Positions 1 through 10,412 of a stretch of 64,000 bases of DNA are shown here, in pieces. Each line of letters opens with the position of its first letter. Within the stretch, counting starts at the first letter, position 1. The notes below the pieces were generated by a model. That model made no database searches and had not been told where the DNA came from. It worked only from the letters and a program-made list of their open reading frames with translations. This stretch comes from a virus. The stretch spans positions 34,300 through 98,299 of the IMG/VR virus record IMGVR_UViG_3300020165_003419. One strand, given 5' to 3'. The translations under genes were made by a program, and so were the position numbers.

Positions 1-165
1 TTCTGGATTTGAGTAGTCAATATCTGGAACAAAAGTTCGTTGTTCTTCTATTATATTAATTGCATTATCTGACGACTCAACTGACGCATATGCACCTTTC
101 TCGGTTTCATAATCGCTATATTGTGTTGTCTTGTTTGATGCGTCAAAAAGTTTTTTAATGCTCAT
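1..165 (-). CDS. Partial (5' end) probable virion/baseplate-associated protein; runs off the window edge
   Basis: ATG at 165, 1 nt after the stop of 167..1726. Open frame MSIKKLFDASNKTTQYSDYETEKG...FVPDIDYSNPE to the edge; not in the ORF track. Confidence 0.7.
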   Translation of the reverse strand, partial: MSIKKLFDASNKTTQYSDYETEKGAYASVESSDNAINIIEEQRTFVPDIDYSNPE

Positions 166-166
166 T

Positions 167-1726
167 TTAGCTCTCTTTCACCCTAAATTTAAAAGCCTTA
201 TCTTGTTCGACCCATGAATTAAGTCTATCATCATAAAACACAAATTTAAAGGCGTAAGAGTAACCTTTTTCAAGAAGGCTCATATCAAAATCAAAATAAT
301 TGCCAGAAACATTGTACGACAGCGCTGTGTGTAAATCACTTCCGGTTCCATAAGGAACAACCATTTGGTCATCAATTATGCGCATCACCCCATATGAAGC
401 GCTGCGGATGCCGACAGATTCTATATCATTGTTCGCCACATTATAGATTGTAGGGCTCCAATTTTTCTCTCGGACATAAAGGTTAAGTCTTACTTTTTCC
501 TTGTCAGAATACCCATTCTTGAGGTTTGAGATGTTAAGATAGTAGGTTGGCTCATTTGATGTAACACCGCCGGCAGTGTTGAAGTTTTCTGGCGTTAACG
601 TGCCAGTAAAATATTGTTTGGCTGATGCGGACGCATTAACAACAGTGTTAGAACCACTAAACCATACATCATAAAGTGTATCAAGATTTTCTGACGAGGT
701 AAAGCACACTGAGCATGAGTAAATACCGGTTGAAACCCAGCCTCCCGTAACAACTGTTTTCGCGGTACTGGTATTATTTAAGAATATTGCTGATCCCGAA
801 GGTCCAGTATTATCGATTGAGCCCGAGAACAAGCTAACACACACATCTCCACCAGAAGGAATTCCAGGAAGGTTTACAAGTCTTCCTCGAACAATATTAT
901 AAAAATAAATCTTGTTTAAGTTATCTGCTGCGGGTGCGCGAGAACTGCTGAAATAAACATTTGCCCTATCATCTTTAATAGAGGAATCCCAGCGGGCTTC
1001 AATCATCGGCCTCTTAAAGAAATATTGTGTGCCTCTTCCAAAAAATCTTTTGGTGTAATAAGAATCTTTGGCTCCAAGAGAATTCGTTACAACTGAAGTA
1101 TCTGTTCTTCCGTATGTCTCTGATGCGGAAGCTTCGTAAGACGCACTCAAGCGGATGCCTACACCATAGTTTGTCTGATCTCCAGCCAACCATCGCTCAA
1201 CAAGTGGTGTTATGTTAACATCGATGTCTTCTAATCCACCGGATAAATGCGTGGTATATAAATAATCTGAGTGTTCCCTATAGGTTCCTCCACGATCGAA
1301 CCAGCTAGCGCCCTTCTTTCTCTGTATCCAGTTTGAGCCTATCTGTCCGCTGGTATCATCGGCATAGTTTTCTAAATCTAGTCCAATACCTTCTTCCCAG
1401 TCTTGACTTATAGCGGCAATATTTAATTTATATTCGATTGGTACCGTTTTAGAGTGAGGTGCATTAAACATTTTTAGATAAAAACTTACACTGCCGCTCG
1501 CCGGAATTGTGCCGGCAGTGCGATCAGCGGCAATACCAGTTGTTGGAAACTTGATAATTGCTCTCGATAATTCTTGCGACGCTGACGTTATACGACCGTA
1601 AATTGAAAATACTTCTAACACGTCCGCCATACCAGCGTTTGAGCCAGTCGCTCGTTTATTGAGCGCAGGTTTATAAGCACTAACAATTGTATTATCAGCT
1701 GATGCTGTGTACCTAAAGAGACCCAT
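167..1726 (-). CDS. Virion structural protein (baseplate-associated, beta-rich)
   Basis: 519-aa ORF coupled (TAATG) to the baseplate wedge gene; Ser/Thr/Gly-rich; function inferred from context only. Confidence 0.55.
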   Translation of the reverse strand: MGLFRYTASADNTIVSAYKPALNKRATGSNAGMADVLEVFSIYGRITSASQELSRAIIKFPTTGIAADRTAGTIPASGSVSFYLKMFNAPHSKTVPIEYKLNIAAISQDWEEGIGLDLENYADDTSGQIGSNWIQRKKGASWFDRGGTYREHSDYLYTTHLSGGLEDIDVNITPLVERWLAGDQTNYGVGIRLSASYEASASETYGRTDTSVVTNSLGAKDSYYTKRFFGRGTQYFFKRPMIEARWDSSIKDDRANVYFSSSRAPAADNLNKIYFYNIVRGRLVNLPGIPSGGDVCVSLFSGSIDNTGPSGSAIFLNNTSTAKTVVTGGWVSTGIYSCSVCFTSSENLDTLYDVWFSGSNTVVNASASAKQYFTGTLTPENFNTAGGVTSNEPTYYLNISNLKNGYSDKEKVRLNLYVREKNWSPTIYNVANNDIESVGIRSASYGVMRIIDDQMVVPYGTGSDLHTALSYNVSGNYFDFDMSLLEKGYSYAFKFVFYDDRLNSWVEQDKAFKFRVKES

Positions 1727-3522
1727 TATCTAATCTTACCTCTAATATCTACTTCTGGAAATTTTAATTCAAAAATTGCGTTAGCTGGACATAGCAACTG
1801 GCTACCATCTGGAGACATATTTTTGTTTATTACAAACGTTGTAGCCGAATACTGACCACCAGTTTTATTATTTATTTTTACACTCACAACATCTAACACT
1901 GCGTCCAAGTCTTTTAGAGCAGTATAGATGCTACTAACATACATTGGCTCGCCAATAAAAAACCCTTCTGAAAATATACTTTTGATTTTCGCCACTGCCA
2001 TGGCTTGGATATCTGAGCGCGCATGTCCGGGCTTAAGCTTTAATACAAAATCAACTCCTAAATTAATTATATAAGGATCTAAAATGTCGATTGTGTCATT
2101 AACCATTCGATAATTGTTTAACCAAGTCTGCAGGTTTTTCTTAATTGTGTTATTGGTAGTGGTCAGTTTACGAAAACTGTCCTCAGATACAACATACATA
2201 TTTAAGTTTCTTTTCATAGAGTCTTGGTCTTTGACCACAAGACATCTTTTAATTGAACCATACTTTCCTGGCATTCTGTATGCTATGTTTTCATAATCTG
2301 CCTGCGTAACCGCTCGATTTTGAGTTGGAAACGTATCGTATATTCTTCTTTTAATTTCAGACGTTGATGGGCTTGTTACATCACCTGTTATTGGCTTACT
2401 GTTTGAAACTTCCAAGCTATTTGTTAATGTATTTATTTCGTTGTTACTTAATACTGTTCTATCTTCAAATTCTAATATAGGAGAGGCAACTACGTTTACA
2501 GCATTGGATGCAACGTTAGAGTTCGTATTATTTGTAGTCCGGTAAACAATGAACAGAGAAGTATTAGATGGTACGATCCCATAGCTAATATTTTGTGATA
2601 GCCTAGTTGGATCAAAAGAAGTGTTAGTGACGTAATCTTTACCAAAAACGTCTATTGCAACTGACTGCGGTGATGCCACTACGTCTGTTTGGTTCGCATC
2701 ACCGGATCCAAATTGTAAAAAATATCCATCTCTACTAAATTCTGACACAAACTTTCGTGATACCAGCATTGGCTTCAATACAGACGGCACATTGTCATTT
2801 TTAAAATTTTCATTGGGTAGCTCTTTATAAACCATATCTTGAGCCAGATAGTCAACTTCGTAATATTGATTACCTTCTGCATCGAAAACTGAAATAATTT
2901 CTACAATGTTTCGATTAGTCAGCTTCACTTTCTTAAATCGTTCAAAAGCTCCGACCTTAACTGTTTGCTGCCCTAACTTTCCAGAAACTACGCGGCCGGT
3001 TGCACGTATAGCGTAATAAGTGGGGGCGCCGGTGGTATTATCAACTTGAGCCACAATAACTGGGTTTGAGGGGTCATTAAAATCTGTATTTTCTATTAAC
3101 ATAAAAGACAAGCCATTCCTAGAGGTAAATCTTGTTCCTCTTTTTAAAATTGGAATGTATCGTGTGTCCGGTCCTAAACCGCTCGAAGCTGCGGGTATTT
3201 GAACATAAAGGTTAACTTCTCCAAAAGTAGAAGAGCGCCCAGGGGCTTTGTACCCTAATGCTCTTCCGTGGCGGACCACATTACTATATTGAAACGAGGT
3301 ATCTAAAAAAGATTCATTGATATTGTAATCTAAATAGAAATTAAGCTGATCGCCGACGTAGGCAACCGCATCTAACATCATGGCTCCAAACGAAGCCTCA
3401 CTAAAGTCTTGGAAGGTATCGGGGTAGAATCGCTCTGCCATTTCCAAGAGATCTTGGCGAATTTCTGTAAATTCTCTATTAGTGTAGTTTATTGGTATGA
3501 ATTTTTTTTGGTCTTCTGCCAT
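1726..3522 (-). CDS. Baseplate wedge subunit (T4 gp6 / P2 gpJ-like)
   Basis: N-term INYTNREFTEIRQDL...DFSEASFGAMMLDAVAYVGDQLNFYLD and QNRAVTQADY motif typical of gp6/J wedge proteins; adjacent to a gp25-like gene. Confidence 0.85.
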   Translation of the reverse strand: MAEDQKKFIPINYTNREFTEIRQDLLEMAERFYPDTFQDFSEASFGAMMLDAVAYVGDQLNFYLDYNINESFLDTSFQYSNVVRHGRALGYKAPGRSSTFGEVNLYVQIPAASSGLGPDTRYIPILKRGTRFTSRNGLSFMLIENTDFNDPSNPVIVAQVDNTTGAPTYYAIRATGRVVSGKLGQQTVKVGAFERFKKVKLTNRNIVEIISVFDAEGNQYYEVDYLAQDMVYKELPNENFKNDNVPSVLKPMLVSRKFVSEFSRDGYFLQFGSGDANQTDVVASPQSVAIDVFGKDYVTNTSFDPTRLSQNISYGIVPSNTSLFIVYRTTNNTNSNVASNAVNVVASPILEFEDRTVLSNNEINTLTNSLEVSNSKPITGDVTSPSTSEIKRRIYDTFPTQNRAVTQADYENIAYRMPGKYGSIKRCLVVKDQDSMKRNLNMYVVSEDSFRKLTTTNNTIKKNLQTWLNNYRMVNDTIDILDPYIINLGVDFVLKLKPGHARSDIQAMAVAKIKSIFSEGFFIGEPMYVSSIYTALKDLDAVLDVVSVKINNKTGGQYSATTFVINKNMSPDGSQLLCPANAIFELKFPEVDIRGKIR

Positions 3523-3536
3523 TTTATTTCCTCACA

Positions 3537-3902
3537 TTAAATAGTAAGTTCAAGTAAATCTTTTATACCCATATCAGGGATCGAATAGGTTATTCTGATA
3601 GATATGGTATTTGGAGCTTGAGCCGGTTCGGCAAAGTCGATGGCACCAACAATGATGGCTGGCATATATCTTCTAACTTGCTGGTTGATTTTTGCTATAA
3701 TTGCTGATCGGTAATCCGTTGATTTGTTGGTAAACAAAAATGTTTTGATTCCAACTCCGAATCCGGGCTCCATAACCCTCTCTCCCGGATTGGTAAGTAT
3801 CAACATAATAAAATTTTGACGCAGCGTCTCCTTGACGGTATAATTCATAGCGAATCCGTCGGAAGAGTCTCTGTTAATTGGTAGTGATACGCCAAGTGCC
3901 AT
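3537..3902 (-). CDS. Baseplate gp25/gpW-like sheath initiator
   Basis: LILTNPGERVMEPGFGVGI signature of the GPW/gp25 family. Confidence 0.9.
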   Translation of the reverse strand: MALGVSLPINRDSSDGFAMNYTVKETLRQNFIMLILTNPGERVMEPGFGVGIKTFLFTNKSTDYRSAIIAKINQQVRRYMPAIIVGAIDFAEPAQAPNTISIRITYSIPDMGIKDLLELTI

Positions 3903-3933
3903 AGTTATAACCTGTTATAATTATCTCGTTAAT

Positions 3934-6900
3934 TTAATTTTCTGGTTTTTTACACAAATCTCCATTAGCATTAAATGGATTATCGCGTAATTTGCTTCTT
4001 CTAAACCAGGGTAATATTCGGGCGCCCTTCGTGGGCTGTAGTGAAGCTTTTAGATTTTTAACGACCAGTGCAGCGTAATCTGTTGACTCGCCGTCGTCAG
4101 GCTCAAAATTAAACTTCCTGTTATAATAGTGGCTCTTAAATAGTTTTTTAATTCTACTTTTTGAGCTTTTAAGTAATGTTTGATCCCAATCATCCCAATC
4201 TAAATTAAATGGTGTAAAAACCTGCCTGTCGCTATACGATGCCCAAAGTGCATTGGATTCCGAATAATCGGCATCCCAATTCTCGGGTGCTCTTGGGAAT
4301 GTAACTTTTATTCCGGGCTTAGATTCGAAAGTAGGTTTGGTCGAGTCGAGCATTCCGAGGAGAGTCGGGAAAGATTCGGCGTCTGCAACGGTCTGTTCTC
4401 CAATAGATGGCAGAAAACCCAGATCGTTATAAATTGCCAAAATCGATGGCACTTTTTTGGCAGAATACACTCCATTTAATACATATTGCATTTCTGGAAC
4501 TTCTCTAAGCTGGTTAATCATGCAAAGTAATAGTTTGCTATTAGCTTCAATCGGAGCCGCGGCACCAACTGATAGATCTAGCATATCCATTTCTGTTGTT
4601 ACTAAAGTATATTTTTTGCCTGAAACTACTGCAGAGAACATCAATCCATATCTAGCTCCTAACTGCCCCGTGGTTCCTATGGGCGGCAGCGTTGTGTTCT
4701 GTTCGCCGTCTTGCCCAATTGGGTATACTAATTGCATATCTCCCGGATAAACTTCTGAAATATTAAGCGATAACTCATTACTTTTAATCCTTAATATAGC
4801 ATCGCTCGGGTTCATTTTTATTCCGTTAAGAGAGATATACTTCTCGATTACAAACGGGTGTGATTCTACAGTTGTGTAGCTCACCCCTGACGCATATTCA
4901 TTTATATCCCCAATAGGTACGACTAACTTGTTTGCGAAAGGAGTTAAGATATCATGTTGATCTTCAACGTGAAACTCTCCAGCCATATATATCACATTTC
5001 CATCTTGATCTGTATGATTGTGGTAATAACCAACATATTCGCCACCTTCTGGCATTGAAAGCTCTCCGCCGGCTGTATAATGTTCCTCGCCTTCGGTGGG
5101 AAGACCAATTGGCTCTTCAACTATTTTCTTATCTAGATCCAACGTTTCGCCACCTTGGGTCATGTTTGACAAGATATAATAAAATATGTCATTAATTTTT
5201 GGTTCTACGCCGGCGTGTGCCATGTTTGTTAGGAATTTGTCACTAAGGAATTTCAATTCTTCTAATACAAATTCTTTTAAAACAATTTTCGCGTCTTCTT
5301 CAGTTGCTTGAACTGCTTCGAAATTCTTTTCGTCCCTGTATGTCCTCAGACCTCTTGTTTTAAGCGGCCAACGGTATGGTGCTTGTGTTTCATCTAAAAC
5401 ATTTGCAATTTTGACGTCGTTTCTTTTATCAGTGATTCTTGGATATTTATAATTTTCTTGAGCGTCATTAATTCTAAATAAAGCTTGTAAGACTGCTTCC
5501 GGTGGATCTACAATTGTACCAGCGTCGACCAATCTGCCATAAGTTTGTACTGCCTGCTCTAGAAAAGCATACCAAAATTCGTCATCTTTAAAGGTGTTGA
5601 AGAATTCCCAGCCGGCGCCTTGAGCATCTCTAAAAGACCTCTCCATATTCTCAACTATATATTGTGGATATATTGTACTAAACACATTCTCAAAATCTGG
5701 TTTGAATATTGAAAATGTTGCGTATGTCTTCAAGTAATGCACACTAGCATAAATTCTACACGCGGATTTTATCAACCCTTGGATTCCTGCTTTGCCAGCG
5801 CGGGTTAATATTCTGTTGTATGGTACCTCTGTTACACAATCTGGATCTGATTGCAGTCTTTGATCTTCTGGAATTTCATTATACGTATCTGATATTTCTT
5901 TTGAGATAGAGCCAAAATCTACCAAGTCTGTATTGTGCGGCTTACACGGAGTAAACTCGGGGAACATTATGTTGACCATTCCCAGATATCCTTCGTGTTG
6001 TAAAGGTTTTATGTAGACTCCGGGGTTTGTATAAGACCCACCATAAGTGGTCGGATCAAGGTAGTAAACGCGGGCGTCATCTCCTCTTTCTAGTTGGTCC
6101 CTACTAACACCCATAATCATATCAGAATTTCTTATGGATCTTATCTCATTATCGTCGTCAAGAATGATCGCCTCTTCATATGGGGTGCCTGCTGCCGAGA
6201 GAGTTTGATCTTTTGCTACAACATATTCAGCATCTTCCTCAACCAGCGTGTCGTATTTTGCTCCATACATAAAAGCAAAATCATTCATTGCTATTTCTGT
6301 TTTAAACCTTTCAAATAGCTGGGTAACTACTTTACTGATATGTTCGTTTATAACTTGCTTAGACGGGATCACATCTAACACAGCGTTGTTGTTGATGAGA
6401 TCGTAAAGAAGAGCGACTGAAGGATTGTTTTCTGATTTTGATGAATAACATTCTGCAAATGTCGGATATTGTAGGGGATCTATTTCTCCAAAAGTATTGT
6501 CAATTGCGACAAACTCATAAAGCCTCTCATACATGAGAGGATCTCCATCAGAACTTGCTTTGTCTGATTTGTAATCTTTCCACTCGTCCGGACTCATCAT
6601 AGCTCTTAGATCTGCACGATACATTGCTTTTAAATTAAATATGTTATTAATATTTATTCTTGTTGTGTCAAGTGGTTCAAACGCAGTTCCTAGGTTCGAT
6701 ATTACTCCACCGGTTTCCATTAAATCTCCAAAATATGCGTCTATATCAAAACCGTATGCGAAACTCGTTCCCTCAAGGCTGCGGCGACCCTTGTTATTAT
6801 CTCTAAATTTAAGTTTTATATCTTCGTCTGCTTTACGACCATTGCGAACAATTCTCATAGTCTCAGTGCCCAAGTTTGTTCTAAGTGACACGTTAAAGCC

Positions 6901-9900
6901 CATATCGGGAATTGATATTCTGTCTATATCCACTCCTCCGAATAAGCCAGTAAAACCCAAATCGCTAAAACTCTTAGTAATTGAGGTTGAGGGTTTCCAT
7001 GTATTATTCAATTCAACTGTCGTATCAACTGACAGGATCTCTTGTTGCAAATATGCTGCAACTTTTTCTGGAAAATTACCTTTTTGTAGCTCGGTTGAAG
7101 CGGGGTCAGAGAAAAAGAACAGAAATTGCGAGGAGTCAGGCGCCTCTCCGTCGGTGACAAAATCGACATATCTTGGGTTTGTGGCGCTTTTTCTCCAGTG
7201 AGCCGTTAATGGTTGACCCATTGTATCAGACAACACCATGTTGAGCAGTCCCCATTCGCCAAATCCAAATGCACCACCATTGCCTATTATGTCTTCTGCA
7301 TAATCTTTCTTAAGAGATTTTAAGCTACCAGCAAGACTTGTTGATGCTGCAGCTTGTTGTTGTGGTGATTCAAATGGAACCAAACCATCGTCACAACCGG
7401 GTTGCGATACCATCGGCGGCATGCCAATTGCCTCCGGATCAACAAACCCTTGCTGCATTACAGTAGCGAGACTTTCTAAATCATCTTGTAAGTCATCCTG
7501 CAAGTTGTTAAACATGGTGTCACACTGTTCCGGAGTTGCTCTACCCTCAAGCAAAGCGCAGCGCATTTCTTTAAATTTATCTAACTGATCAGGGGTTGCA
7601 CATAACGTTGGGTTTGCCGGTAAATCATCATCTTCTGGCAAATCTGCCATAAAGTCTCTCATTCCTTGTTTCACATCTTCTGGCATCAATGTTCCGCAAT
7701 TGGCCATAAAGTCGCCAATCGATGCTTGAGTTGGAAATGCTTCTGAAAACTGCGGGTATTCATATTGAACCAAATTATAAGCTGCCGCTCCCATCTCTGC
7801 AGACATATCACCCAGAAAAGCATTCATCATCTCGCTGCGAGTAACTGCAGAAGACAAGTCGCCAGCAAACGATACTACAGCATCCTTATCCGCTAGCGCG
7901 GCACCACCGACGCCAAGTTTTTCGAACATATCGGCGATTGTGTCGTCTATTTGACTGTCACTAGCAGAGTCTTCTCCACAAATTGCATCTTTGACAACGT
8001 CTCTAAATGTCGTGCTACCGTCTAATAATCCAGCTATGGAACCGACGAGCGATCCCAATGCTTCAAGCGCTTTACATATCGCAGAACCCAGTAGCTCACA
8101 AATTTTGATCATTATCTTAACGATAATCATAATAAGTATTTTTTGTAACACAATCTTTAAAAGTTGGAATATGATCCAAGGGAGGTCAGATAGCTTAGGG
8201 ATCCATCCAAATGGATTAAAAAGCTTTGGCATCTTCATATCACGAAGAGAGCGACACCATGGTAAATCAATATCTTTAATAAAGTCTAAAAGGTTTGGCT
8301 GCAAAATCGGCGGTCTTGGGCAATCGAGCATCATGATCATCTTAGCAACCATTTGTGCGCCTGGATATTTATTGAGCATATCAGTTACTGACAATAAATC
8401 GTCAGCATATACTTCAATGAGAGCCTTAATATATGCTTCTATTATAACGTTATCGCTTAATTCATTTTCAGCATTACTTTGCACATCGAATTGTTGCGCC
8501 AATGTTCTTCTTGTTAGTTCTGAAGATCCTGTTGCTGAATCGTATCCAGGTGCTTTGGAAAAAGCGGGGCGTTTACTCTTGTTTAATGTCGTTGGATCAC
8601 CTTCCGGGGACCCTGAAGTGTTTGCCGGGGTTCTCTTCCAAGGTGGAGTATACTTTAATTTTCCAGATGTTACATCTGAGGCTACTGCCATTCCGCCCTC
8701 AAGGGCGGCACCAGATGCATTTTTCAGGATGTCTTGTTCCGCGAGCTTTTTGTTTACTAATTTCTCCATTTCTGCTTGTCTTTCGGGAGGTAGACCAATA
8801 AAGAAGTCTCCAAGATTTTCTATAGACATACCTCGGAGAGCCGCAGCAATAATACTAGATAAAGAGGCTTCAAGACTAAGTCCAGAAAGAAGACATCCTA
8901 TCGCTTCCATTACCAAATCGAACAAGCCGCAGATTTTTAGTCTGTCTAATCCATCAGCAAACAAATTATCTAAAATAGTATCGGCGCCGGGGATGGATAT
9001 CCCACTAAATCCTGATAGAAAGTTTGCGCAAATCATCACGAAGATTTGTTCGTCGTCGTTCATCTGTTGGAACGCTTGTTCTGTAGCCATCTCCATTAGC
9101 TTTTTTGGTCGACCGAGCATTCCAGTTTCCGGATCAAAGTCGTTTGGGTCTATTACGACCCCCATTTTTATATTCTTCTTCTGGAACGAGTCAAAGGTCT
9201 TCGAACAGACGTCTTTGTTGAATTGGTAAGCCAATGCATCACCAATGCTGAAAAACTCATCTAATATTTCTTGTCCTAGGTTGAGCCCTTCGGTAGCTAT
9301 CTTGTCTTGTATACAACTTGCTATAGTATCTGTTGTCTGCTCTTCGGGCCACTTTAGTGTACTATATACTTTAGGATAAGTAAACTCAGTAACCACATCA
9401 AGCCATTGGGGAGCTTCTCTTGCTTGCAGTTTTTGATCTATCCTGTTCATATTCGCAAAATACGCAACTGCAGTACGGTCCTTCCACGCTTGAGTAGAGA
9501 TAAGAGGCTTTAACCTTTTCTTCTTGTAAACATAAGGCTTTCCACCACAACCAAGAGTCCAGACTCTTAGTCTTTTTAGTTCGTATTTCGCAGAAAACTT
9601 AAACTCTATCTTGGTAATTCTATCCATCCCAAAAGCTATTTTGCCCACACCAAATATATTAAGACCTTTATCGTTTAAAAATCCATCTAAAGATGTAAGC
9701 AGTTGTGCAAGAGTGCTGGTTGGGAACAAACCTGCATCGCCATAACGACTGAATTGTTTAATAGAATACAATTTGTTTGATTCTTCAAACACAATTTTAC
9801 CGCGTTCTATGGCAGTATACACTCTATAAAATCTTGAGTAAAGATTAAATGCCTTTCGAACCCTAATTAAGCGAGATTGCATAAGGTCGGCTTCCATCTC

Positions 9901-10398
9901 AACAACGATTGGATTTCCGGGCGTTTCTTCTTCGTCTTCTTCTTCGTCTTCATCCTCTGTCTCCATGGACGGAAGATTAGCTAATATATCAAATGGTACA
10001 GAATATAATAATTTAGCGTATGACAATGGACGTGGGTCAAGGTCATATGCTTGGCTCTCAATCGATTCTTCGAGAGCACTTCGTGTTTCATCGGTGTCAG
10101 CTTTATTGAACCCGATTAGAAGACCTTCAATTGCTTCGGCTTTATATTCGGAATAAATTTCTTCTATATTTACGATGTTTTGATGACTTGTTTGTACAGA
10201 AACTTGGTACGTACAGAACTTTTCATTGAACCATGGTTCAGTAGACTCTCGGGTTCTCCAGCTTGGCGTAATAAAATTTGGATTTGGTACGCATGTAGGG
10301 CATTTTTTTCCAGGAACAACATCAATGATATCATCGCACTTGTCATTTAAACCATCACCGGTTTTATCTTGAAATTGTAAAAATTTAGATTCAGCCAT
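3934..10398 (-). CDS. Very large acidic virion protein (2154 aa), function unknown
   Basis: Long ORF between spike-like and gp25 genes; acidic, many Cys, N-terminal DKTGDGLND Ca-binding-like loop. Confidence 0.6.
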   Translation of the reverse strand: MAESKFLQFQDKTGDGLNDKCDDIIDVVPGKKCPTCVPNPNFITPSWRTRESTEPWFNEKFCTYQVSVQTSHQNIVNIEEIYSEYKAEAIEGLLIGFNKADTDETRSALEESIESQAYDLDPRPLSYAKLLYSVPFDILANLPSMETEDEDEEEDEEETPGNPIVVEMEADLMQSRLIRVRKAFNLYSRFYRVYTAIERGKIVFEESNKLYSIKQFSRYGDAGLFPTSTLAQLLTSLDGFLNDKGLNIFGVGKIAFGMDRITKIEFKFSAKYELKRLRVWTLGCGGKPYVYKKKRLKPLISTQAWKDRTAVAYFANMNRIDQKLQAREAPQWLDVVTEFTYPKVYSTLKWPEEQTTDTIASCIQDKIATEGLNLGQEILDEFFSIGDALAYQFNKDVCSKTFDSFQKKNIKMGVVIDPNDFDPETGMLGRPKKLMEMATEQAFQQMNDDEQIFVMICANFLSGFSGISIPGADTILDNLFADGLDRLKICGLFDLVMEAIGCLLSGLSLEASLSSIIAAALRGMSIENLGDFFIGLPPERQAEMEKLVNKKLAEQDILKNASGAALEGGMAVASDVTSGKLKYTPPWKRTPANTSGSPEGDPTTLNKSKRPAFSKAPGYDSATGSSELTRRTLAQQFDVQSNAENELSDNVIIEAYIKALIEVYADDLLSVTDMLNKYPGAQMVAKMIMMLDCPRPPILQPNLLDFIKDIDLPWCRSLRDMKMPKLFNPFGWIPKLSDLPWIIFQLLKIVLQKILIMIIVKIMIKICELLGSAICKALEALGSLVGSIAGLLDGSTTFRDVVKDAICGEDSASDSQIDDTIADMFEKLGVGGAALADKDAVVSFAGDLSSAVTRSEMMNAFLGDMSAEMGAAAYNLVQYEYPQFSEAFPTQASIGDFMANCGTLMPEDVKQGMRDFMADLPEDDDLPANPTLCATPDQLDKFKEMRCALLEGRATPEQCDTMFNNLQDDLQDDLESLATVMQQGFVDPEAIGMPPMVSQPGCDDGLVPFESPQQQAAASTSLAGSLKSLKKDYAEDIIGNGGAFGFGEWGLLNMVLSDTMGQPLTAHWRKSATNPRYVDFVTDGEAPDSSQFLFFFSDPASTELQKGNFPEKVAAYLQQEILSVDTTVELNNTWKPSTSITKSFSDLGFTGLFGGVDIDRISIPDMGFNVSLRTNLGTETMRIVRNGRKADEDIKLKFRDNNKGRRSLEGTSFAYGFDIDAYFGDLMETGGVISNLGTAFEPLDTTRININNIFNLKAMYRADLRAMMSPDEWKDYKSDKASSDGDPLMYERLYEFVAIDNTFGEIDPLQYPTFAECYSSKSENNPSVALLYDLINNNAVLDVIPSKQVINEHISKVVTQLFERFKTEIAMNDFAFMYGAKYDTLVEEDAEYVVAKDQTLSAAGTPYEEAIILDDDNEIRSIRNSDMIMGVSRDQLERGDDARVYYLDPTTYGGSYTNPGVYIKPLQHEGYLGMVNIMFPEFTPCKPHNTDLVDFGSISKEISDTYNEIPEDQRLQSDPDCVTEVPYNRILTRAGKAGIQGLIKSACRIYASVHYLKTYATFSIFKPDFENVFSTIYPQYIVENMERSFRDAQGAGWEFFNTFKDDEFWYAFLEQAVQTYGRLVDAGTIVDPPEAVLQALFRINDAQENYKYPRITDKRNDVKIANVLDETQAPYRWPLKTRGLRTYRDEKNFEAVQATEEDAKIVLKEFVLEELKFLSDKFLTNMAHAGVEPKINDIFYYILSNMTQGGETLDLDKKIVEEPIGLPTEGEEHYTAGGELSMPEGGEYVGYYHNHTDQDGNVIYMAGEFHVEDQHDILTPFANKLVVPIGDINEYASGVSYTTVESHPFVIEKYISLNGIKMNPSDAILRIKSNELSLNISEVYPGDMQLVYPIGQDGEQNTTLPPIGTTGQLGARYGLMFSAVVSGKKYTLVTTEMDMLDLSVGAAAPIEANSKLLLCMINQLREVPEMQYVLNGVYSAKKVPSILAIYNDLGFLPSIGEQTVADAESFPTLLGMLDSTKPTFESKPGIKVTFPRAPENWDADYSESNALWASYSDRQVFTPFNLDWDDWDQTLLKSSKSRIKKLFKSHYYNRKFNFEPDDGESTDYAALVVKNLKASLQPTKGARILPWFRRSKLRDNPFNANGDLCKKPEN

Positions 10399-10412
10399 TT
10401 TTAATTCATTCC

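Noticed and set aside
7991-9229. 412-aa plus-strand ORF (and 6641..7201, 46766..47500, 41819..42427, 19124..19681 etc.)
   Set aside because: Antisense shadows of well-supported minus-strand genes; Ser/Ile-rich with no motifs.
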